64,000 nt of DNA from an uncultured delta proteobacterium (GTDB lineage Bacteria > Myxococcota_A > UBA9160 > UBA4427), in the NCBI GenBank assembly GCA_963822965.1, contig CAWGJT010000005.1, forward strand, positions 224,001 through 288,000, read 5' to 3'. Shown here piece after piece: positions 9,091 through 18,296 of this stretch. The position numbers and the translations under genes were made by a program. Under the pieces are notes generated by a model that was not told the DNA's origin, searched no databases, and saw only the letters and a list, made by a program, of their open reading frames with translations. Position 1 is the stretch's first letter; each line of letters starts with the position of its first letter.

Positions 9091-10272
9091 ATGACGGGGC
9101 CCCTTCACGGATACCGGGTCGTCGACGTCACCCAGATGATCTCGGGGCCGATGGCGACGATGATCCTGGGCGACCAGGGTGCGGACGTCGTCAAGGTGGA
9201 GCCGCCGGGCCGCGGCGACCTCACCCGCGCCCTCGGCGGCGGAGCGCGGCGCATGGCGCCGATCTTCGCGACGAGCAACCGGAACAAGCGCGGCGTCGTC
9301 CTCGATCTCAAGCGGCCCGAAGGCCTGGAGGTGTTGAAGCGTCTGGTCGCCACCGCCGATGTCTTCGTGCAGAACTTCCGCCCGGGCGCAGCCGAGCGCA
9401 TGGGCATCGGCTACGAGGCCCTGCGCGCCGTCAAGCCCGACCTCGTCTACGTGTCGATCAGCGGCTTCGGCGAGACGGGACCCTACGCGCAGAAGCGCGT
9501 CTACGACCCCGTCATCCAGGCGCTCTCCGGGCTGGCGGACATCCAGGGCGGCAGCGGCCCGAGGCCGCGCATGCTGCGCCTGATCGTGCCCGACAAGGTG
9601 ACCGCGCTGACGGCCGCCCAGGCCATCACCGCCGCCCTGCTCGCGCGGGAACGCAGCGGCGAGGGACAGCACGTGCGATTGGCGATGCTCGACGCCGTGG
9701 TCGCCTTCCTCTGGCCCGAAGGCATGGCGCGGCACACCTTCATCGGCCGCGACGTCGGCGTCTCACGTCCGAGCGAGACCCGCGACCTCGTCTTCGAGAC
9801 CCGGGACGGCTTCATCACCGCGGGCGCGGTCTCCGACGCCGAGTGGCGGGGACTCGCCCAGGCGCTCGAGCACCCCGAGTGGCTGGACGACGAGCGCTTC
9901 AGGACGCCGGCGGGACGTGTCAAGCATGCGGACGCCCGCCTGGAGCTGACCGCGCAGGTACTGGCGACCCGCACCTCGGCCGAGTGGCTCGAACGCCTCG
10001 ACCGCCACCAGGTGCCCTGCGCGCCCATCCTGCGCCGCGAAGAGCTGGCAGAGAACGCTCAGATCGTCGCCAACGAGCTGATCGTCGAGTCGGAGTCGCC
10101 GCTCACGGGTCGCATGCGCCAGCCGCGGCCCGCGGCGCGCTTCGCGGGCACCCCCTCGTCCATCCGGCGTCCGGCCCCGGGTCTCGGCGAGCACAACGAG
10201 GACGTGCTGGCGGAGCTCGGCTTCGACGCCGAGGCGCGGCGCAGCCTGGCCGAGGCCGGCGCCTTCGGCTGA
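9091..10272 (+). CDS. CoA-transferase family III (CaiB/BaiF)
   Basis: GPLHGYRVVD, GADVVKVEPP.GD, NRNKRG, QNFRPG, PGLGEHN. Confidence 0.95.
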   Translation: MTGPLHGYRVVDVTQMISGPMATMILGDQGADVVKVEPPGRGDLTRALGGGARRMAPIFATSNRNKRGVVLDLKRPEGLEVLKRLVATADVFVQNFRPGAAERMGIGYEALRAVKPDLVYVSISGFGETGPYAQKRVYDPVIQALSGLADIQGGSGPRPRMLRLIVPDKVTALTAAQAITAALLARERSGEGQHVRLAMLDAVVAFLWPEGMARHTFIGRDVGVSRPSETRDLVFETRDGFITAGAVSDAEWRGLAQALEHPEWLDDERFRTPAGRVKHADARLELTAQVLATRTSAEWLERLDRHQVPCAPILRREELAENAQIVANELIVESESPLTGRMRQPRPAARFAGTPSSIRRPAPGLGEHNEDVLAELGFDAEARRSLAEAGAFG

Positions 10273-10311
10273 GGGATCGGAAGCGCGCGGAACGACCGAA
10301 GAGGAGGAAGA

Positions 10312-10887
10312 ATGGATTTCGCGGACCTGCTCAAGGAAGCCTGGGACAAGTTCGTGGCCGAGATCGTCACGCTGGTCGTCTTCACTCTCGTGGGGCTGCT
10401 GCTCTGCCTCACCATCGTGCTGATCCCGACGGTCAGTGGCGGCTGGTTCCGCGGCATCCTCGCCTACGTGCGCACGGGCGAGCCGCCGGCCTTCGAGGAG
10501 CTGTGGAGCTTCGAGGGCTTCCTGCCCATCACGCTGCTGCTCGTGCTCGGCGGAATCGGAATCACCCTCGGCTACATGCTCTTCTTCGTGCCCGGCGTGA
10601 TCCTCTCCGTGTGGTGGATGTACGCCCTGTTCTTCCTCGTCGACCGGGATCTGGGCGTCGTCGAGGCCTTCGGGGCGAGCAAGAACGCCGTGTCCGAGAC
10701 GGGCTTCGTGAACCACCTGGTCGTGCTCTTGATCGTCTCCGTCCTGGGCATCCTGGGCGGCAGCCTGTCGGGGCTCGGGACGCTGGTGACGACGCCGTTC
10801 AGCCTCGTCTTGCTGGCGCTGGCCTACGTGGACCTGCCGGGGGCCGAGCCGGGCTCGCTCGCGGACGCGTCCTCCTTCACGCCGTAG
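10312..10887 (+). CDS. Hypothetical multi-pass membrane protein
   Basis: GAGGAGG RBS and several hydrophobic segments (FFVPGV...ALFFLVDRDLGVVEAFGAS). Confidence 0.7.
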   Translation: MDFADLLKEAWDKFVAEIVTLVVFTLVGLLLCLTIVLIPTVSGGWFRGILAYVRTGEPPAFEELWSFEGFLPITLLLVLGGIGITLGYMLFFVPGVILSVWWMYALFFLVDRDLGVVEAFGASKNAVSETGFVNHLVVLLIVSVLGILGGSLSGLGTLVTTPFSLVLLALAYVDLPGAEPGSLADASSFTP

Positions 10888-11921
10888 CGCAGCAAGGTGA
10901 ACACGTTCGTGCCCACGATCTGGTCCTTCTGGTTGTAGAAGGTCGTGAGATTCGTCTGGAAGTAGCCCGGCCCGAGGGCCGTGCGCTTGAGGGGCGAGCA
11001 GTCGAGCAGCTCGCTGGTGGCCTTGACGCGGTCGCCCGGCCGCAGCGGCGTCCCGTAGGCCTGCACCGATCGCGTGGCGATCGTCTCGGTGGCACCGGGC
11101 GGCACGAACATCGGGGCGCGACCCGGCTGGTCTTCGGGCGGCGGCGGCCAGGGCCTGCGCGAGGGACAGTCGACGTCCGGCGCGGACGGATCCACGCCGA
11201 GACGCCCGGGCCGGCCCATCATCCAGCTGATGAGACCCATGGGCGGCGCGATCACGCCCCGGTGGCGGCACTTGCGCGCGTACTCCCCGTCCACGTAGAG
11301 CGGGTTCGCGTCCTCGACCATGTCGCACCAGTACAGGATCTGCACCTCGGAGATCGGGTAGGCGCCGAAGCTCGGCTCGCTCACCTTGCCGAGCTCGGCC
11401 CGGGCCACGTCGGGCATCTCCGGATTCACCGGGAACGCGGGCTTGGTGAGCTGCGAGAAGGGCTTCACGACGCCGTACTCGTCCGACGGCATGGCGAGGG
11501 TGGCCGACGAGAGAGCGGCCACGCCCAGATGGTTGCTCGCGGTGAGCTCGAGCTCGACGACGCAGTCGTTGCCGTCCCAGTACTTCTTCGTCACCCGGCC
11601 CCGAATCACCGCCACGTCCCCGGGCACCAGCTGACCCACCATCTGCAGGGACGTGGAGCGGAAGTCGCTCTCGGGACCGCACCAGTCCGTCACGTAGCGG
11701 GCGAAGAGCGCCTGCTCGAACATGGTGTTCACGAACATCCCGCGGTTCCCGATCGACTTCGAGTACTCGGGATTGTGGTGGTAGGGCATGAGGTCGCGGG
11801 TTCCGCATACCGCGAGCACCAGGGTCTTGACGGTGATGGGAAAGCTCAGCTCGGGCAGGTGCTCGCCGCGCACCACCTCCTCCCAGAGCTTCGAGCGGGT
11901 TCCCGCGAGGTCGAGGGGCAT
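10824..11921 (-). CDS. Double hot-dog (MaoC-like) hydratase/dehydratase fusion
   Basis: From ATG 11921 in ORF 10824..12746: TRDLMPYHHN...GMFVNT in the first domain, DANPLY...IAPP...PLRPGD in the second. Confidence 0.75.
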   Translation of the reverse strand: MPLDLAGTRSKLWEEVVRGEHLPELSFPITVKTLVLAVCGTRDLMPYHHNPEYSKSIGNRGMFVNTMFEQALFARYVTDWCGPESDFRSTSLQMVGQLVPGDVAVIRGRVTKKYWDGNDCVVELELTASNHLGVAALSSATLAMPSDEYGVVKPFSQLTKPAFPVNPEMPDVARAELGKVSEPSFGAYPISEVQILYWCDMVEDANPLYVDGEYARKCRHRGVIAPPMGLISWMMGRPGRLGVDPSAPDVDCPSRRPWPPPPEDQPGRAPMFVPPGATETIATRSVQAYGTPLRPGDRVKATSELLDCSPLKRTALGPGYFQTNLTTFYNQKDQIVGTNVFTLLRYGVKEDASASEPGSAPGRST

Positions 11922-11962
11922 GCATTCCTCCGAGGTCGGGACGAGGGGCCGGGGCCGGGACG

Positions 11963-13099
11963 TCAGTCCTTGGGCAGCCCCAGGATCCGCTCCGCGATGA
12001 TGTTGCGCTGGATGTTGGGCGTTCCGCCGCCGATCACGGTTCCGTGATAGCCCAGGGCGCCCGTCTGCCACTTGCCTTCGACCTGGGCGTGCGAGCCGAG
12101 CAGGCCGTTGGAGAGGTTCCACATCTCGTGCTCGAGCTGGCCCCGGAGGAGCTTGTTCACCGAGGTCTCCGTGCCGGCCGGCTCCCCGGCCAGCTGCCGC
12201 GTGAGATAGCGCATGCCGTTGAGCCGCATGGCCGAGATGCGGGCCTGGAAGCGCGCCAGCTTGCGGCGCAGCTCCGGGTCCTCGAGGGCCGGCCGGCCGC
12301 GCTTGCGCGTGTCCCGCGCCAGCTCGATCAGGTCCTGCAGGTGCCGCAGCTTCTCGGTCGCCTCGGAGATGCCGGAGCGCTCGTTGGCCAGGGCGCGGAC
12401 GATCACCATCCAGCCCTGCCCCTCCTCGCCGAGGCGGCTCTCCGCGGGCACCCGCACGTCGTTGAAGAACACCTGGTTGAAGCTGTGCACGCCCGTGAGC
12501 GCGGGGATCGGCCGCACCTCGATGCCGGGCAGGTTCATCGGGGTGAGGAGGCAGGTGATGCCGCGATACTTCGAGCGGCTGCGGTCGGGGTCGGTGCGGA
12601 CCATCATGAAGATGTACTTGGCCTTGTGGGCCAGGGTGGTCCAGATCTTCGATCCGTTGATGACGTACTCGTCGCCCTCGCGATGCGCCCGGCACTGCAG
12701 GCCGGCGAGGTCGCTTCCGATGTCCGGCTCCGAGTAGCCCGTGCACCAGACCGAGTCGCCAGCGAGCAGCTCCGGAAGGAAACGCTGCTTCTGCCCCTCG
12801 GTGCCGTGCATGATGATGGCCGGGCCCACCCAGGTGAGGCCCATGAAGTCCCGGCCGAGGGGCGGGGCGCGGCGGGCGGAGGTCTCCTCCTTGAGGATGA
12901 ACTGCTCGATCAGGCTGCCTCCGTAGCCCCCGTGCTCCTTCGGCCAGTTGAAGCCGAGCCAGCCCTTCTCGCCCAGCGCATGGTTCCAGCGGTCGATCTC
13001 CTCCTCGCTGGGCGGGTCGCCCTGGGGCAGGTGCTCGTCCAGGAAGTCCCGGACCTCCTGGCGGAACGCCTGCTCTTCCGGCGTGAAGTGGAAGTCCAT
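11963..13099 (-). CDS. Acyl-CoA dehydrogenase (catalytic-type subunit of a gene pair)
   Basis: MDFHFTPEEQAFR, WCTGYSEPDIGSDLAGL, INGSKIWTT, FNQVFF, IGGGTPNIQRNIIAERILGLPK. Confidence 0.95.
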   Translation of the reverse strand: MDFHFTPEEQAFRQEVRDFLDEHLPQGDPPSEEEIDRWNHALGEKGWLGFNWPKEHGGYGGSLIEQFILKEETSARRAPPLGRDFMGLTWVGPAIIMHGTEGQKQRFLPELLAGDSVWCTGYSEPDIGSDLAGLQCRAHREGDEYVINGSKIWTTLAHKAKYIFMMVRTDPDRSRSKYRGITCLLTPMNLPGIEVRPIPALTGVHSFNQVFFNDVRVPAESRLGEEGQGWMVIVRALANERSGISEATEKLRHLQDLIELARDTRKRGRPALEDPELRRKLARFQARISAMRLNGMRYLTRQLAGEPAGTETSVNKLLRGQLEHEMWNLSNGLLGSHAQVEGKWQTGALGYHGTVIGGGTPNIQRNIIAERILGLPKD

Positions 13100-13190
13100 C
13101 AGTAGCCTCCGAGGGTGGCGAGGCGGTCCTGCGCGTCCGCGAGCGCCCAGTGGAGGTCCATCAGTAGCCTCCGAGGGTGGCGAGGCGGTC
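13094..13190. repeat. 35-bp direct repeat (13094-13128 and 13156-13190)
   Basis: Both copies read gtccatcagtagcctccgagggtggcgaggcggtc; period 62 bp. Confidence 0.95.
13099..13161 (-). CDS. Putative 20-aa coupling mini-ORF MDLHWALADAQDRLATLGGY
   Basis: ATG overlaps the upstream stop (TGATG) and its TGA overlaps the downstream ATG. Confidence 0.4.
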   Translation of the reverse strand: MDLHWALADAQDRLATLGGY

Positions 13191-14288
13191 ATAGTGGTAC
13201 TGCTCGTCGCCGAAGAGCGGGCGCGCCCACTTCGAACGCTTCAGGTAGAGCTGGACGTCGTACTCCGCCGTGTAGCCCACCGCACCGTGCAGCTGGATGG
13301 CGTCGATGCCGGCGCGCGTGAGCGCTTCCGCACCGAAGGCCTTCGCCTCGGAGACCGCCCGGGGAACGTCCGGCGGACTCTCGTCGAGCGCCCAGGCCGC
13401 GTAGTAGAGCAGCGACTTCAGGCACTCCAGGTCCACGTAGATCTCGGCCAGCGGGTGCTTCACGCCCTGGTAGCGACCGATGGGGGACCCGAACTGCAGC
13501 CGGTCCTTGGCGTACTGCACCGTCAGGTCGAGAGCGCCCTCGAGGGCGCCGATCATCTCCGCCGTGACGGCCGCGGCGCCGCGGTCGAGGTGCGCCGCGA
13601 GGGCGGGCCCCGCCGCGCCGGCGGGTCCGAGCAGGTCGTCGGCGCCCACGCGCACGCCGTCGAGGTGCAGGCTGCCCATCCGCTTGGTGCGGTCGAGGGT
13701 GCGGACCTCGCTGCGCGAGACGCCTGGCGCGCTCGCCTCCACCAGGCCGAGGGCCAGGGCGTCGGGGGCGTCTCCCGTGCGGAACGCGACGACGAAGAGA
13801 TCCGACTGGCCGACGTCGACGACGAAGTGCTTGTCACCCGTGAGCCGGTAGCCGTCGCCGTCCGCCGCTCCGCGCAGCGCGACGCCTTCCGGCGCGGGGT
13901 CGTCGCCCTCCTCCAGCACCGCGACCGTGGCCACGACGCCACCGCTCGCGATGCCCGGCAGCCAGCGGCGTCGCTGCGCCTCGTTTCCCGCGGCGAGGAG
14001 GGTCGCACCCGCCAGGGTCGTGGAGATGAGCGGGGACGGGAAGAGCGTGCGGCCGGTCTCCTCGAGGAGCACCACCAGGTCGGCCCATCCCAGGCCGGCG
14101 CCGCCGTACGACTCGGGCAGGGTCAGCCCCAGGAAGCCGAGCTCGCCCAGCTGCTTCCACTGTGCGGGCGAATACCCCTCCTTCGTCTCGGCGATCTTTC
14201 GCACCTCTTCGAGAGGACACTGCTCGTCGAGGAGCTTCCGCACCTCGTGGCGCAGGAGATCCTGCTCTTCCGAGAACCCGAAGTTCAT
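13161..14288 (-). CDS. Acyl-CoA dehydrogenase (partner subunit)
   Basis: MNFGFSEEQDLLR, YAKDRLQFGSPIGRYQGVKH, IQLHGAVGYTAEYD. Confidence 0.93.
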   Translation of the reverse strand: MNFGFSEEQDLLRHEVRKLLDEQCPLEEVRKIAETKEGYSPAQWKQLGELGFLGLTLPESYGGAGLGWADLVVLLEETGRTLFPSPLISTTLAGATLLAAGNEAQRRRWLPGIASGGVVATVAVLEEGDDPAPEGVALRGAADGDGYRLTGDKHFVVDVGQSDLFVVAFRTGDAPDALALGLVEASAPGVSRSEVRTLDRTKRMGSLHLDGVRVGADDLLGPAGAAGPALAAHLDRGAAAVTAEMIGALEGALDLTVQYAKDRLQFGSPIGRYQGVKHPLAEIYVDLECLKSLLYYAAWALDESPPDVPRAVSEAKAFGAEALTRAGIDAIQLHGAVGYTAEYDVQLYLKRSKWARPLFGDEQYHYDRLATLGGY

Positions 14289-14331
14289 GCAACGCTCCTG
14301 GCGAGAGAACGGCGCCCCAGTCTAGCAGCGC

Positions 14332-15093
14332 TCAGTGCTTCAGGGCCTCGCCGGTCATGGGCACGAAGCGAACGGGAATCACCGAACGTCGGGTCACGTC
14401 GGTCGCGGTGCGCTCCACGACCAGCAGGTCCTGCACGTCCTCTCCCACCGGAATCACGAGTCGGGCGCCGACGGCCAGCTGCTCGACGAGCGGCGGCGGC
14501 ACCTCCCGCGGCGCGGCGGTGACGATGATTCCGTCGAAGGGAGCACGATCCGGCAGCCCGGCATAGCCGTCCCCGGTGATCACCTCGACGTTCTCGCAGC
14601 CGGCCTCCGCCAGTGCCTTCCGGGCGGTGGCGGCGAGCTCCGGCAGGATCTCGATGCTCACCACGCGCTTCACGAGCCTCGAGAGCACCGCGGCCTGGTA
14701 GCCCGATCCCGTGCCGACCTCCAGCACGACGTCGTCCGGCTGGGGATCCAGCAACTCCGTCATCGCGGCCACGATGTAGGGCTGCGAGATCGTCTGCCGG
14801 CTGCCGATGGGCAGCGGACGGTCCTCGTAGGCGTAGTCGCGCAGGGCTTCGGGCACGAAGAGATGGCGCGGCGTCTCGCGCATCGCGGCGAGGACCCGAG
14901 GATCCTTCACCCCGCGCGCCTCGATCTGGTCCTCCACCATCATGCGCCGCCGCTCCTCCGGGCCCGCGGGCTTCGTCCCGGACGCGGCGCCGAGCGTCGC
15001 GAGCGCACCCAGCGCGGCGACCAGAACGACGAGCGAGCGGTCTCCGGGTCCCTGCACCCGACGAATGACAGCGCAGCGGCGCGGCATTCTCAA
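14332..15093 (-). CDS. pcm: Protein-L-isoaspartate O-methyltransferase
   Basis: PRHLFVP, AYEDRPLPIG..QTISQP, VLEVGTGSGYQAA, APFDGIIVTAA, VRFVPM. Start uncertain. Confidence 0.95.
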   Translation of the reverse strand: MRMPRRCAVIRRVQGPGDRSLVVLVAALGALATLGAASGTKPAGPEERRRMMVEDQIEARGVKDPRVLAAMRETPRHLFVPEALRDYAYEDRPLPIGSRQTISQPYIVAAMTELLDPQPDDVVLEVGTGSGYQAAVLSRLVKRVVSIEILPELAATARKALAEAGCENVEVITGDGYAGLPDRAPFDGIIVTAAPREVPPPLVEQLAVGARLVIPVGEDVQDLLVVERTATDVTRRSVIPVRFVPMTGEALKH

Positions 15094-15162
15094 GCCCCGC
15101 GCCTCGACGGCGGCGAGTCCCTGCTACGGTCTCACCCCCCTGGAATACAGCGAGGAGATGGG

Positions 15163-16215
15163 ATGGCCGACGAGCGCAACGAACGAGCCTACGGCACGGG
15201 GCGCGAGGAGGGCCTCGAGCCCCTGCGCCCTCTCGAGATCGGCTCCGCCACGAGCGTCGATGCGCTCGTGCGCTCGATGGCGAACACCGCCTTCGGCGGC
15301 AGGCGCCTGGGCGAGGCGGCGGACGTGCTGGAAGCCATGGTGCGCGATCCCGACTGCTTCCGCGTGCTGACGATCTCCGGCGCCATGACCATCGCCAAGC
15401 AGGGACTCGTCATCTGCGAAATGATCGATCGCGGCTGGATCCAGGCGATCGTCACCACCGGCGCACTGATGACCCACGGCCTGACCGAGGGCGCCGGCAT
15501 GCTCCACTTCAAGCACCGGCCCTCGATGAGCGACGAAGAGCTGTTCCAGCGCGGCTACAACCGGGTCTATGACACCATCGAGCTGGAGCAGAACCTCGAC
15601 GACGCGGAGCGCATCCTGCAGGCTTCGCTCAAGAGCCTCCCCGACGACACGGTCCTCTCGAGCCACCTGATCCTGAACCGGCTCGGTGCCTACCTGAACG
15701 AAGAGACCAGCGGAATGGCGATCCTGAAGAGCGCGTTCCAGGCGGAAGTTCCCATCTACATCCCCGCCTTCACCGACTCGGAGCTCGGCCTCGACGTCAG
15801 CATCTACCAGATCCTCCGCCAGCAGCAGGGGCTGCCGCGCCTGGTCTTCGACCCCTTCCTCGACCTCGACGACTTCACCGACCGGATCCGCCAACGCGAG
15901 CGGACGGGCATCTTCACCATCGGCGGCGGCGTCCCCCGCAACTGGGCCCAGCAGGTCGCGCCCTACCTGGACATCCGGCGCTCGCGCCTCGGCATCGACG
16001 AGCCCCTCCGGCGCTATCGCTACGCGGTGCGCATCTGCCCCGAGCCCGACCACTGGGGCGGCCTCTCGGGCTGCAGCTACACCGAGGGCGTCTCCTGGGG
16101 GAAGTTCGTGCCCGAATCCCAGGGCGGCCGCTTCGCCGAGGTGTACGCGGACGCCACCATCGCCTGGCCGATCGTCGTGCGGGCGGTGATGGAGCGGATG
16201 GACGCCCGCCGCTGA
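15163..16215 (+). CDS. Deoxyhypusine synthase-like protein (probably homospermidine/polyamine synthesis)
   Basis: From ATG 15163: GYNRVYD, PAFTDSELG, IGGGVPRN, GGLSGCSYTEGVSWGK (conserved Lys). Confidence 0.85.
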   Translation: MADERNERAYGTGREEGLEPLRPLEIGSATSVDALVRSMANTAFGGRRLGEAADVLEAMVRDPDCFRVLTISGAMTIAKQGLVICEMIDRGWIQAIVTTGALMTHGLTEGAGMLHFKHRPSMSDEELFQRGYNRVYDTIELEQNLDDAERILQASLKSLPDDTVLSSHLILNRLGAYLNEETSGMAILKSAFQAEVPIYIPAFTDSELGLDVSIYQILRQQQGLPRLVFDPFLDLDDFTDRIRQRERTGIFTIGGGVPRNWAQQVAPYLDIRRSRLGIDEPLRRYRYAVRICPEPDHWGGLSGCSYTEGVSWGKFVPESQGGRFAEVYADATIAWPIVVRAVMERMDARR

Positions 16216-16295
16216 GGCAGCCCGTTGGGCTCCCTTTGCGGCGGAACCGCGACCCGAGACTTCATCTTGGGCCGCACTCCTGGCCGGTCGCGGCC

Positions 16296-17303
16296 TCACG
16301 GCCGGTGCGCGGCCAGCGGCTCCGCGTAGAGGGCGACCCGCGCCTCCCCGTCCGCGCCGACGGCGCCCCGGAACATCGCCGTCGTGTCGAAGCAGAGCAC
16401 CGGCTCCCCCTGGCAGCCTACGGCGATGCAGCCCCCGCGACCGCCGAGGGCCGCTACCTCGGCCAGCGCGTCACGGCAGGCCTCCTGCAGCCCGGCCCTC
16501 GCGAAGCGGACACGCGCGGCGACCTGGTGGGCGAACGCGACGCGCAGGAACGCTTCGCCGGTGCCCGTGCCCGAGACCGCGCAGTCCGCGTCCGCCCAGG
16601 TTCCGGCTCCGGGGACGGGGCTGTCGCCCACCCTTCCCGGGTGTTGGTTCGTCATGCCCCCCGTCGAGGTGGCCGCCGCGAGCCGGCCCGCCGCGTCCCG
16701 GGCCACGGCACCCACCGTGCCCTGCGCTCCGGGGTCCGCTTCGGGGGCCGGATCTTCCGGGTTCACGGCGTCGGGGCCCGAAGCGTCGTGGTCGAGCGCC
16801 GTGCGTCCCGCGCGGGCCGCTCGCGCGAGCTGTGCGCGCCGGAGATCCGTCGCCAGCGACTCCGGGGCGACCGCGGGCAGACCCGCTTCGAGCGCAAAGC
16901 GCTCGGCACCCTCCCCGACCAGGAGCACGTGGCGACCGTCCTCCATCACGACGCGCGCAGCCGACACGGGATTCGCGAGCCGCGAGACAGCCGCCACGGC
17001 GCCGAAACGCCGGGTGGCGCCGTCCGCGACGCAGGCGTCCATCTCGACCCGCCCCGCCGACGTCAGCACCGAGCCGAGGCCGGCGTTGAAGCCGGGATGG
17101 TCCTCGAGCACCCGCACCGCCGCTTCGACGGCCTCGAGGGCGGGCGCGCCGGCGAGCAGGAGCGCGTGGCCGGCGCGCAGGCTCCGGGCGAGCGCGTCCC
17201 GGCGCCCCGCCTCGTCCTGGGGATCCAGGCGGCGGGCCGCACCGGCACCCCCGTGGACCGCCAGGGCCACCGGCACACCGACCGGTCCGCTCACCCGCTT
17301 CAC
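16296..17303 (-). CDS. iaaA: Isoaspartyl peptidase/L-asparaginase (Ntn hydrolase)
   Basis: AVHGGAG, LEDHPGFNAG, EMDAC, GTVGAVA (Thr nucleophile), TSTGG..GRVGDSP, GTGTGE. Confidence 0.9.
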   Translation of the reverse strand: MKRVSGPVGVPVALAVHGGAGAARRLDPQDEAGRRDALARSLRAGHALLLAGAPALEAVEAAVRVLEDHPGFNAGLGSVLTSAGRVEMDACVADGATRRFGAVAAVSRLANPVSAARVVMEDGRHVLLVGEGAERFALEAGLPAVAPESLATDLRRAQLARAARAGRTALDHDASGPDAVNPEDPAPEADPGAQGTVGAVARDAAGRLAAATSTGGMTNQHPGRVGDSPVPGAGTWADADCAVSGTGTGEAFLRVAFAHQVAARVRFARAGLQEACRDALAEVAALGGRGGCIAVGCQGEPVLCFDTTAMFRGAVGADGEARVALYAEPLAAHRP

Positions 17304-17397
17304 CGCTGCTGCGCGACGATGGCAGCGCCGGGCGCCCCCGCACGCCTGGGCTCGGGCGACGACGGTGCTTCCCGGGCAGGCCCGGGAAGGCCCGGGC

Positions 17398-17967
17398 TCA
17401 CCTGGACGAGGCTTCCTTCGCCTCGGCGGCGGCCGCTTCCTCCTCCATCTTCTGGAGACGCGCTTCCGCCTCTTCCTCGCTCATGCGCAGCTGGATGATG
17501 CGCAGACTCCACTCCGGGCCGCCCTTCGTCTTCGCCTTCTCGAACGAGAAGATGACGTTCTTGTCCTTCGGCACCATGCTGAGGGCCTTCAGGAAGCCCT
17601 CCTTCGTGCCCGTGGTGTCGAGACCACCGCCGTCGAGGTTCTTGATCACCGTTCGCTTGAGGACGCTGCCCTCGGGCACGACGGCGAACTCGATGTCGGT
17701 GCCGCGCTTGATGCTCTTCGGCGCGGGGCCGCCCGCGACCGCGCCGGTGCCGGCGCGGCCGCTCACCTTCGTCTTCACGACCTTCACCTTGATGACGTTC
17801 TTCGCCTGGTCGTACTCGATGAAGCGGCCCTCGAGGCCGTAGCGCTCGCCCTTCTTCGCGATCGCCTCGATCGCCGGCAAGAGCAGCGCGCCGGCCACGA
17901 GGACGAGCAGCAGCGGCCGCGCGTGAATCGGTCCAAGCTTCTGTCCGACCTTCTGGATGGAGCTCAT
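17398..17967 (-). CDS. Hypothetical exported, Lys-rich beta protein
   Basis: Signal-like LLLVLVAGALLLPAIEAIA; composition unlike the Arg/Pro-rich shadow frames. Confidence 0.7.
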   Translation of the reverse strand: MSSIQKVGQKLGPIHARPLLLVLVAGALLLPAIEAIAKKGERYGLEGRFIEYDQAKNVIKVKVVKTKVSGRAGTGAVAGGPAPKSIKRGTDIEFAVVPEGSVLKRTVIKNLDGGGLDTTGTKEGFLKALSMVPKDKNVIFSFEKAKTKGGPEWSLRIIQLRMSEEEAEARLQKMEEEAAAAEAKEASSR

Positions 17968-18034
17968 GGCTTGCTTTCCCCCTTGCGCATTGCTGCGCCG
18001 TGTTCGCGCGCGCCGCGCGAACCGCGTGCGTCAC

Positions 18035-18097
18035 GCACCTCTGGCACCTCTGGCACCTCTGGCACTTCTCGTACCTCTGGCGCTTCTCGCACCTGGA
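18035..18097. repeat. Degenerate 9-bp tandem repeat (GCACCTCTG x3 plus about 4 variants)
   Basis: gcacctctg gcacctctg gcacctctg gcacttctc gtacctctg gcgcttctc gcacctgga. Confidence 0.8.
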
Positions 18098-18296
18098 TCA
18101 CGCCTGGATCCGGTCCGGTCGTCTCCGGATCGCGAGGGTGGGCCCGCGATGATGGTTTTCGGGGGCCGAACGATAGCCCGGATCCGCCACCCCGCCGGCC
18201 GCGGCGAACTGGGAATTCGCCGTCGGGCTTGCCCCCGGGGTCAGCCTCCCGGCCCGCCCGGATCGACCGGAGCGGTCATCCCGCAGAGAACGGCCT

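Noticed and set aside
18042..18070. TGGCAC hits as sigma54 promoters
   Set aside because: They come from the 9-mer repeat and have no TTGC-like -12 element at the required spacing.
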